Assembly: GCA_016839605.1 (NCBI GenBank)
Contig: JAEOTX010000132.1
Span: 1-14,988, forward strand
DNA length: 14,988 nucleotides
Source of the DNA: Candidatus Thorarchaeota archaeon
GTDB lineage: Archaea; Asgardarchaeota; Thorarchaeia; Thorarchaeales; Thorarchaeaceae
Direction: 5' to 3'
Shown: positions 7,701 through 14,988 of the stretch, in pieces
How positions within the stretch are numbered: position 1 is the stretch's first letter
Layout: the number at the start of each line of letters is the position of its first letter
Position numbers and translations under genes: made by a program
Notes under the pieces: model-generated
What the model saw: the letters and a program-made list of their open reading frames with translations, nothing else
The model's database searches: none
What the model was told of the DNA's origin: nothing

Positions 7701-9342
7701 TGGCTTCTGTTTCCTGTTCATATCCAGATGCATCAGTTCTGGGAACAGAGAAGGTTTCCATAGAATTTTCCACGGCGGGGTCATTATCACTCATCCCCGG
7801 TTTGTCGCCAAAACTGAGAAGACTCGTTTGAGTAGTGTGAACAGCCGCGGACTCCCCAGGATGTGATACTTCATCTTTGGAGGGGAGTAAGGACTTCTTT
7901 TTGGAAGGATTTGCCTTCCTCCGAGCATTCGGAGCTGGAGGTCGCGCTGGCGTACTCCAACGTCCTAGTCCGTGGGTCTCATTCTTTAGTGATGGAATGA
8001 GCTTGATTAGGCGGCGAGCTATGTTTAGAGAGCCATTTCGGTCAGCATTAGTTTTGAATCCACATGAACAGGTGAAGAGATTCTGCTTTGGTCGGTTTCC
8101 TTTTCGGCCGCATTTCCAACACATAATGGAAGTCCACTGCTCTGGAATTGCGCGGAAACGTGCTTCTGAACCCTCAACCTTCCATCCTGACTGAGCTAGA
8201 GCATGTTTTAGTGACTGAGAAATTCTACCAAAGGACCAAGAATGAACCAACGCTCGAAACTTAGACCCCCTTGTGTTTCCTCTTCGTGCACTGCTTCTGA
8301 TGCCCTTTACTCTGCCAAGAGCTATGTACAAATCAAATCGCGAAGACAGTTCCTCGATATAATCGAGGATATCCCGAACCAGTACTCGGTCGTACTCCTT
8401 TGCCGCGTTTTCCCTCTTGGACCCCATTGCTTTGAGTCGTTTAGTCACAGAACTGGACTTCAGTCCTTTCTTAGTTCTGATGGCTTGAACTCGTTGAAGC
8501 TCAGCTACGCGGCTATCATATTTGGAAATGACAGCAACCTTTTCTTTCTGAACGAAATATCTTGTTTCAGAAACCTTACTCTCAGTAAGAAGAGTTGTGC
8601 ATGCAGCCTTCTTGACTCCGAGGTCGATACCGAGAACAGCTTTTGGTTTTGGAGGTGTGCTTCCAAAGACAACTTCAACCTTGACAGATAGGGTAGCCCA
8701 CCATTTCCGATTGCCATCGGTGTAGATTTGAAGAGCCCGTGGCTCACCTCTTCTCAACTGTTTTGTATGGAAGGGGGATATCTTTAGAGGAATCCTAAGT
8801 CTTTGGTGCACTTTCAATCCCAAGAGATTAGAATCAAGAGAGTCACGAAGATCTAACCAGAGTCGAGCTGCCTTGGTGGTCCTCCAAACCAGTTTAAAAC
8901 ACTGAGGAAAAGTCCATCGCGGAACCCTTCGCGAGCTGTTGATGGCACGAGGGCGTGAAGCACGCATCCCCTTCTTGCTTCTTAAAGCTAAATAGCTCTC
9001 ATAGAGTGCAACTGCAGTTCGACGACAGTCAGAGATTTCATTTGCTGAAATTCTTGGAAAGCGGGTTTTCATATCATGAGGAACATTCGTTCGTGGGAGG
9101 TTGCCCTTCTTTCCCCATGAGGTAGGGACAGTCAGAGCATCAAGTTTAGTTTGGTCAATCCGCTTTCGTTTCTTTCCTCGAAGGAGAACAGCTTCTTGCT
9201 GCTCAATTATCCCAAGATATGCTTGAATAACACGAGAGTCACGGGAAGCAATCTGCTTCAATCTCCGCTTAGCTCGTTTGGTCATTGACTCCCAGTTTAT
9301 AGGAATCTTGACACTAATCGTAATAGCTTGGGTGCGAGCCAC
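7672..9342 (-). CDS. tnpB: TnpB-family RNA-guided endonuclease with rearranged RuvC-II and a long disordered C-terminal tail
   Basis: RuvC-I 'VLGIDLG' (D240); RuvC-II 'YIALGRVKGIR' with G343 in place of the usual E; alternative E401 in 'IPEQWTS'; zinc finger C408/C411/C425/C427; RuvC-III 'NADRNGSLNIA' (D434). No tnpA nearby. Confidence 0.93.
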   Translation of the reverse strand: MARTQAITISVKIPINWESMTKRAKRRLKQIASRDSRVIQAYLGIIEQQEAVLLRGKKRKRIDQTKLDALTVPTSWGKKGNLPRTNVPHDMKTRFPRISANEISDCRRTAVALYESYLALRSKKGMRASRPRAINSSRRVPRWTFPQCFKLVWRTTKAARLWLDLRDSLDSNLLGLKVHQRLRIPLKISPFHTKQLRRGEPRALQIYTDGNRKWWATLSVKVEVVFGSTPPKPKAVLGIDLGVKKAACTTLLTESKVSETRYFVQKEKVAVISKYDSRVAELQRVQAIRTKKGLKSSSVTKRLKAMGSKRENAAKEYDRVLVRDILDYIEELSSRFDLYIALGRVKGIRSSARRGNTRGSKFRALVHSWSFGRISQSLKHALAQSGWKVEGSEARFRAIPEQWTSIMCWKCGRKGNRPKQNLFTCSCGFKTNADRNGSLNIARRLIKLIPSLKNETHGLGRWSTPARPPAPNARRKANPSKKKSLLPSKDEVSHPGESAAVHTTQTSLLSFGDKPGMSDNDPAVENSMETFSVPRTDASGYEQETEAKSEGGIPSQ

Positions 9343-9356
9343 ATCATTCGCCGCCT

Positions 9357-9464
9357 AGGTATATAAAGTTCTGACCTGTGCAGGTCATTAGAGTTCACTC
9401 CCTGTCTTGTCTGACAGGAAGCTTTTGAACTCGTATTGAATTCTATATGGAGGTATATAAAGTT
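9357..9464 (-). promoter_or_regulatory. Two identical 14-bp TATA-containing elements (9357-9370 and 9451-9464) flanking a structured segment
   Basis: AACTTTATATACCT (minus strand) occurs twice, 94 nt apart. The TATA of one copy is about 18 nt before the tnpB GTG. The other sits a similar distance before the hairpin that begins at 9432. Confidence 0.65.
9368..9432 (-). ncRNA. Structured element upstream of tnpB (small RNA, 5' leader, or transposon left-end relic)
   Basis: GAGTTCA-aaag-CTTCCTGTC-agacaa-GACAGGGAG-TGAACTC hairpin, then a TGACCTG/CAGGTCA inverted repeat. Shares motifs with the downstream omega-RNA. Confidence 0.5.
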
Positions 9465-9589
9465 ATAAAGCGAATATTTCAAACGTTTGTTTAATTTGAG
9501 AATTTATACATTAGGAACTGAAATATTCCCATTTTTTAATAAGACGAATAATTAATATGGTCACAATAGAATAAAGAAAATGTTGCGGC

Positions 9590-12500
9590 ATGACAAGGAA
9601 ACGAGGGAGGCCAAAGCGGCCATTACCCATGCACCCCAATCGGGTTCTAGCTCAATCCATTAAGACTGGGCTATCTACAGGACTGTACATCCAACGCATG
9701 GTGGAAAACCGCGTTACCAATCATATCTATGAGAGCTCTAAGCGAATTTGGAGAACTGCGAAAGCGCGCTACCAACAATCCTTGCGAGATGGAAAACCAG
9801 ATTTCAGTCATATCACTGAAGCTGAGAATAATATCAGGAAGAATTCGCAACAGATACTCTTCGAAAAAGCAGCAGTCTATGGAAATGTAGAGGTACAGCG
9901 AGCAAAAAGTAGAGACGACACTGTAGGCCCTATGAATCAGCTCCACAATATTGGAGGAGCGGCTATGCGGGAATTCGTCATAGCAAATTATCCGCAGCCT
10001 GATCTTCAACAAGTCCTTTCAGAAGATGGTGAAGTACGATTTGTGTATCCAGCTTCTTCCTTCGGGCCAGAAATTGAGCCGATTCATGTAACACTCCCAG
10101 AAATGGACTTCATTGACTCCTGCAGAGAGCATATCCAAGTACTTGATACTCATAGTTTCATATATGATGTCGAGAATAGAAACGCAAGCAGATATTGCAA
10201 TCTATTTCTCTTAAAGGCCAGACCATATCTTGATTACATCTACTCTGAACACATCTATGGGAAGGCTGGTTTCCGTGAAGGCACTCTAAGAACTCTAAAA
10301 GAACTAAAGGAAAGAATAGCTAGGACTCACAGTATACGAATAGGAAAAACGTCCACCGTGACGACTCATAGAAAAACCCATCATCCAAAATTCGATGTTG
10401 GTTTCTTTCAAGAGCAGATTAATGATGCAATATCTGCAAGAGTGTCGAGTATTGCCATTGATGAGATTCAACGTGTATTGGATGGCGGGTCGATAACAGA
10501 AACTGTTCTGGTAACGGATTCCGAGGGGAATATTGAGGGAGAAGAACCCGCACCTTGCTTGACCAAGAATGATGTTGAGTTCCTCTGGAAATCAGCGAGC
10601 GCCCTGGCACGGAAAAGAGGCACTCAGGTGCATCGTCTGATCTGCAGTCAGTTCCCCAGCTTCTGGAGTATCAAACGCGCTATTCTCAATGATGAGCCTA
10701 CGATTCATAATGATGGGTATCTAATGACCGCAGAAATTCCTGTGGATACAGAAAGAGGGAAGGGTCGTGTGGACCTGGTACTACTTCGAAGGGAAGCAAC
10801 AGCTGACGGGCTCAGGATTCTTTGGCGTCCAATATTTCTTCTCGAGATTAAGAGTAAACTTGGATTCTATTGGGAACTTGATGATATACTGAAAGAATCT
10901 GAATCAAGGAGAAGATATGGTCTTGAACAGCGAGTGGTATCTAATTTTCCGATTTCAACAAGACCACTCGACGATAATGAATGGCGCGCAATAATAGAGT
11001 CACAAATAGATGACGAGCTTTTGATTCAGGTTAACACTTACGCTAATGCGGTATGCAACGAATACATGTCGATATCCGGAGATGAAAGCAATAGTCCGAT
11101 TCTTAGAGGAACTCTGTTCATAGATGCTGAAGACGATGTCGACTGCCATAGATCTTTGATACGAGGATTTGCCATTCGCGTCTACGAATCAGCTTCCAGC
11201 ATTAGTGGCGAGATTCAGAATGCATTATATGAGCCAATAGTTGGTGGTGATGTACCGAAACTTGCCATCGTTCTTCACAAGCAGGAATTGGAAAAAGATA
11301 GCACCAAAGTGTTCATTTCACCCCCTCGGATTCATACATATAATCCACTCACTGAATCCAACATTCTAAAACGCCATTTCATTCTCTATCTTTCTGCGAG
11401 TTCTGCAACTTCTGGTGGCAAATCAGCTGCATGGATTTCCCAATACTACAATGGTCTTCAAGAAATTCATGAGATGGCGAAAGAAGCTAATCCATCCAAT
11501 TTGATATGGCTAGATTTGGCGGATGAATTCACTAAGCCTCGACTTGCTGAAACACGCCTGCGACTTCTACCTTATTCCAAATCTGAGGATGATAAGTATA
11601 GAAGCCATCCAGATGGCATCCGCAAATTCTTCGAGTCATTCGAAATTCATGGCTTCTACAAAGAGATTGGGAGGTTCCTAATGAATGATGGCCCACTCCC
11701 ATCTATAGAAAGCATGTTTCATAAAATCAGAGGAAAGAGCATTGTCGTTGTTAGTGGATGGGAATGGATTAAGAAATCGACGCCGGAACCATATCGGTCA
11801 AACCTCAACAAGCTGTTGGGGTATATTCTGGATCAGCTTCCTAGAAGTGAGGGAACTACCATAATCTGGTTTGACACACCTGAGGTTACTGAGAGTTCGT
11901 CACCCATCTATCAAACAAGGACTTTGGTGCCATTCCATGAATCTTCCCCCCTCTATGGAGAGGTGAATGAAATTATATGGAACATGCCATCAGCGCCTAG
12001 AAGAGAGGTCAATCCAGATGAATGGATACTCCCAGTTGTTCCTGCCGCTCCTGTATACGATGACATAAGAGTGATCATAACTCAGACTTTGCAAGGGTAT
12101 GGAGTGGAGCTGACTCACATACCAGCACTCATGGGTTGGTCCGATAAATTTCGGAGTGAGGGGCTTAGATTCTGGCAACGACAATATCCAAAGCCTGTTG
12201 ACATTCAGCTAGTTCCGGAGAAAGGAATTCGAGATAGAATCAAGATTCTTGCTTTCGAGTTAATACCCTGGTTGCCAGACCTTTGGCCAGATTTTTCAGC
12301 CATAGATTCTCTGAAAGATTCAGATTCGGAATTGCTTTGGAGCATAAGATCAAACCATGACAGAAACATAGGTGATATCAAAGTTGCTAAGCGAATTTTG
12401 AAAGATGGAGGTTCCGTAGAGCTTAGTATTCTTCAAAGGATGAAATACAGGCCGAAAGGCATTCGTGGTGGAAAATCGTATCAATCATTGACAGCAAATA

Positions 12501-14710
12501 GAATCAACTCGCAGCGTTTCTATCGTGGACCCAATGAGCTGAAAACGAATCTGAAGCCTTCCTATGAATCAAAATCGGAAACAACTGAGCCAGTTCTTGG
12601 CAAACAAAAAGATGTAGCATTTGGTAGGATAATATCAACTGATGATTCGCAACATCAAAGTGAAGCGATTGTAGTCGAAAATCCGTATCAGCCGGGTAAT
12701 GTCCTCGTAGGAGTATTCACAGAAAGAGTCAGACCAAGTCAATCCGGTTTTGTCTGGTCGGTTCATGATTCAGAACGTCTAGAGGAGTTTCTGCAAACAG
12801 GTTCTTCGACAAGAGAAATTGATCTCTTATTGAGGAAAACTGGAGATAGGTGGGAATCGTGGAGTTGGGACTCAAAGAATAAGGAATGGAATTATCGAGG
12901 AATTGCAGAGCTAATTACAGGAAGAGAAGGCCGAGTTTCAGAACTCAAAGCAATAAGGGAAATGCCTGAAAGTTCTAGCCACAAGAAACCAGTTGTGAAG
13001 ATACCAGAGTGGTTCAACAAGACAGTGGACATGGCTCTGAAAAGGCTCGCATTCCAACATCAGTCATTGAATAGGGTTTCTCTAACTTTGCACAGCGTTT
13101 CTGATCAATGTAAAGTAAGTTTCACTAGTGAGAAGGCAGCTGACATCTTGCATGAGGTAACTGTTCAAGGCACAGCAGACCTCATCGATCTCCTACGATG
13201 GCCCTTGAAGAATGGGGGACCAATGCCTATCAGGAATTCAGCTCGGTTGTATTGGTCCCCATTTGAGGATATAGAATATGGTGAATTTGACGCAATAAGA
13301 CCGTTTGTGGAAACAAAAGCGCCCCACGATGTAAAGAGAACATTGCCGCCGCTAGTCAAAGACCTTCACGAGCTTTCTGAGACCTTGACTGTAACAGCAG
13401 TATTAACCCATGATGAAGAATTATGCCCATTAGTAAACCGTGAGATATCCGATCATAGAAAATGCTGGCGCGTCGAAATGCGTTCAAAATCAACAAAGGT
13501 TCAGGACAAGAAATTCGCAATGCCATTAAATGGCAAGCAAGTCTTTGGACTCTTATCGTCAAAGCAAATCATAATCGATGGAACTCAAAGACCACTTCAA
13601 ATTGAGATGACGTCTAACCCAGATGCGCCTGAATCTATTGTGCTACACGAAAACTATTGGATACGCAGATTGATGAAAGAATATGGCCGATCCTTACCGC
13701 GCTTAGCTTCTGGCACCTATCTAAAGGTCAGAAACCAGAAATGGGTGATTTCCTTTTCTTTCGAAGGAAATTGGATCGTGTGGACTGCTAGGTCTGATGT
13801 AACAGGACTTCTTAGAGGGAAACCAACTTTCGATTACAGACTTAATCCATCCCTAACTTTGAATCAAGCTACAAAACAGTTCATAGAATCTCTAACGGAC
13901 ATTGTACCAAAAGCAAGCATAAAGGGATTCAGTGAACTCAAGACAAGGATTAGGGGAGCACTTGAAAAGAAAGGCTACAGCAAGTCCACTCCTGATTGTA
14001 TCTTAGAATTAAGTACAAGCAAGAATCAGATTACAATTGCACTGACTCGAGCAGATGGCAAAATCGGAGGAGTCATTGCTGAGAACAAATTCGTGTATGA
14101 CAGAAATGTCTCTATTGAGATGGTTTTAGAACGTGTCCAAGAATGGCTGGAATTTGGTCCTCCTATAAATTGCACTATTGCTAATGAAACGGAAATAATT
14201 GAGGAGCTTCAGTCGTATCTTATCGATTTGGGTGATTTTAAGGAGGATGATGAAAGCGAATCTCAGATGGATTTTGAAACTGAACTCAAAACTGTAGTGA
14301 AAGATCTTAGAGAAGAAGCTGAAATCGATTCCAGCAAACTGGAACTGCTGGCACACTCTTTATCCCAGTTAGCGCATTTGCACCTTGAGAAGCAAGATTT
14401 TGAAAATGCCTTTAGATTCATCGACGAAAGCATTAGCATATTGGAAAACCAGATTCAATTGCTAGATCCTTTTGAATGGGGTTCATCTCTTAAACGAAAA
14501 TTCGTTAGGGCTTTGATTACTAAGAGGAAGATTCTAAATCGCGCTGGTCAAGAGCATTATCCAGATGACATCAAGAAAGTCATGCAAGAAAAGTTTGAAT
14601 TCGCCAAAGAACAGATGCTCTCTCTGGGAAGACACCTCTCTGATGAAGACCGAGTACTCATTGACGAGATGAATCATGTATTTTCTGAGAATCCACAAGA
14701 TTCTCTCTGA
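9590..14710 (+). CDS. Giant (1706 aa) protein with a PD-(D/E)xK (RecB/Cas4-like) nuclease domain, possible degenerate P-loop domain and C-terminal TPR-like helices
   Basis: 'AEIPV..GRVDLVLL' (D395), 'LLEIKSK' (E419/K421) and 'QVNTYA' (Q480, QxxxY motif). 'SATSGGKS' (about 605-612) is Walker-A-like. 'LAHSLSQLAHLHLEKQDFENAFRFIDESISILE' near the C-terminus is TPR-like. Confidence 0.75.
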   Translation: MTRKRGRPKRPLPMHPNRVLAQSIKTGLSTGLYIQRMVENRVTNHIYESSKRIWRTAKARYQQSLRDGKPDFSHITEAENNIRKNSQQILFEKAAVYGNVEVQRAKSRDDTVGPMNQLHNIGGAAMREFVIANYPQPDLQQVLSEDGEVRFVYPASSFGPEIEPIHVTLPEMDFIDSCREHIQVLDTHSFIYDVENRNASRYCNLFLLKARPYLDYIYSEHIYGKAGFREGTLRTLKELKERIARTHSIRIGKTSTVTTHRKTHHPKFDVGFFQEQINDAISARVSSIAIDEIQRVLDGGSITETVLVTDSEGNIEGEEPAPCLTKNDVEFLWKSASALARKRGTQVHRLICSQFPSFWSIKRAILNDEPTIHNDGYLMTAEIPVDTERGKGRVDLVLLRREATADGLRILWRPIFLLEIKSKLGFYWELDDILKESESRRRYGLEQRVVSNFPISTRPLDDNEWRAIIESQIDDELLIQVNTYANAVCNEYMSISGDESNSPILRGTLFIDAEDDVDCHRSLIRGFAIRVYESASSISGEIQNALYEPIVGGDVPKLAIVLHKQELEKDSTKVFISPPRIHTYNPLTESNILKRHFILYLSASSATSGGKSAAWISQYYNGLQEIHEMAKEANPSNLIWLDLADEFTKPRLAETRLRLLPYSKSEDDKYRSHPDGIRKFFESFEIHGFYKEIGRFLMNDGPLPSIESMFHKIRGKSIVVVSGWEWIKKSTPEPYRSNLNKLLGYILDQLPRSEGTTIIWFDTPEVTESSSPIYQTRTLVPFHESSPLYGEVNEIIWNMPSAPRREVNPDEWILPVVPAAPVYDDIRVIITQTLQGYGVELTHIPALMGWSDKFRSEGLRFWQRQYPKPVDIQLVPEKGIRDRIKILAFELIPWLPDLWPDFSAIDSLKDSDSELLWSIRSNHDRNIGDIKVAKRILKDGGSVELSILQRMKYRPKGIRGGKSYQSLTANRINSQRFYRGPNELKTNLKPSYESKSETTEPVLGKQKDVAFGRIISTDDSQHQSEAIVVENPYQPGNVLVGVFTERVRPSQSGFVWSVHDSERLEEFLQTGSSTREIDLLLRKTGDRWESWSWDSKNKEWNYRGIAELITGREGRVSELKAIREMPESSSHKKPVVKIPEWFNKTVDMALKRLAFQHQSLNRVSLTLHSVSDQCKVSFTSEKAADILHEVTVQGTADLIDLLRWPLKNGGPMPIRNSARLYWSPFEDIEYGEFDAIRPFVETKAPHDVKRTLPPLVKDLHELSETLTVTAVLTHDEELCPLVNREISDHRKCWRVEMRSKSTKVQDKKFAMPLNGKQVFGLLSSKQIIIDGTQRPLQIEMTSNPDAPESIVLHENYWIRRLMKEYGRSLPRLASGTYLKVRNQKWVISFSFEGNWIVWTARSDVTGLLRGKPTFDYRLNPSLTLNQATKQFIESLTDIVPKASIKGFSELKTRIRGALEKKGYSKSTPDCILELSTSKNQITIALTRADGKIGGVIAENKFVYDRNVSIEMVLERVQEWLEFGPPINCTIANETEIIEELQSYLIDLGDFKEDDESESQMDFETELKTVVKDLREEAEIDSSKLELLAHSLSQLAHLHLEKQDFENAFRFIDESISILENQIQLLDPFEWGSSLKRKFVRALITKRKILNRAGQEHYPDDIKKVMQEKFEFAKEQMLSLGRHLSDEDRVLIDEMNHVFSENPQDSL

Positions 14711-14884
14711 ACTGAACTACCTTGAAAAGGCGTAGATGATTCTAAGCGTAAATGGTTGTACTATTATTGTGGATTACGGATGTCTGACCATAGTAAGGAA
14801 AGCTTGAATGCCAATAGCAAACAACCCTTGTTTTACTAGGACTAGTAATTGATGCATTGCATGGAACAAGACCTTCAGAATCCT

Positions 14885-14923
14885 ATCCACAATCCCCTAT
14901 GCTGCCATTACACCACTCGGGCC
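14885..14923 (-). pseudogene. 5' half of a disrupted tRNA-His(GUG) (G-1 through position 39)
   Basis: The minus strand reads GGCCCGAGTGGTGTAATGGCAGCATAGGGGATTGTGGAT, 32/38 identical to the 5' part of the tRNA-His at 7411. The anticodon GTG is at 14888-14890. tRNA similarity stops right after the anticodon loop. Confidence 0.9.
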
Positions 14924-14958
14924 ATAGCTGTGTGGCCAGCGATGTCATGCTCATGATT

Positions 14959-14980
14959 TTGTCTTATTAGCTTATCCGTA
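14959..14980 (-). promoter_or_regulatory. tRNA-His promoter element (copy 2)
   Basis: Exact 22-nt match to 7355-7376, located upstream of the tRNA 5' half. Confidence 0.75.
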
Positions 14981-14988
14981 GAATATCT

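Larger units (their letters stand above)
2931..14884. mobile_element. ~12 kb genomic island inserted into tRNA-His; carries TnpB and a replacement tRNA-His, no recognisable integrase or transposase
   Basis: Bounded by co-oriented 5' (14885-14923) and 3' (2890-2915) halves of one tRNA-His. The content is accessory. The left boundary is uncertain within about 2916-2940. Confidence 0.75.

Noticed and set aside
7270-7866. Short ORFs overlapping the tRNA and omega-RNA (7322-7675, 7347-7538, 7593-7790, 7618-7866, and the extension of 7036-7497)
   Set aside because: They overlap structured RNA genes and have no protein-like motifs.
9671-14356. Short minus-strand ORFs inside the 1706-aa gene (the plus-strand ORFs inside tnpB are treated the same way)
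   Set aside because: Antisense shadows of long, motif-bearing ORFs.
2890-14923. Functional trans-spliced split tRNA (Nanoarchaeum/Caldivirga type)
   Set aside because: No long complementary leader/trailer, no proper BHB, positions 40-50 are missing or degenerate on this strand, and an intact tRNA-His is present.

Overview
Archaeal window, most consistent with an Asgard (Thorarchaeia-like) genome. This is inferred from an N-terminal longin-domain protein, TATA-type promoters and a BHB-spliced tRNA. Bases 1-2884 look like ordinary chromosome: a longin-domain gene, an SPL-like radical SAM gene and a small membrane protein. The rest is a ~12 kb island (about 2931-14884) lying between two halves of one broken tRNA-His(GUG) gene on the minus strand. 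The 5' half is at 14885-14923 with its promoter, and the 3' half is at 2890-2915. I can recognise no integrase or transposase in the island. It carries (i) an intact replacement tRNA-His with the same 22-nt promoter and a 30-nt BHB intron at the non-canonical 53/54 position; (ii) a TnpB with a rearranged, Fanzor-like RuvC-II site, whose putative omega-RNA ends in a 17-nt segment matching positions 39-56 of an intronless tRNA-His, a stretch largely missing or degenerate in the broken copy and interrupted by the intron in the replacement copy; and (iii) cargo: membrane/secreted proteins, a wHTH regulator and a 1706-aa PD-(D/E)xK nuclease. The simplest reading is an RNA-guided homing island (natural gene drive) that cuts the intact host tRNA-His allele and supplies an intron-protected rescue copy. 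The sequence matches are seen directly; the mechanism is inference.
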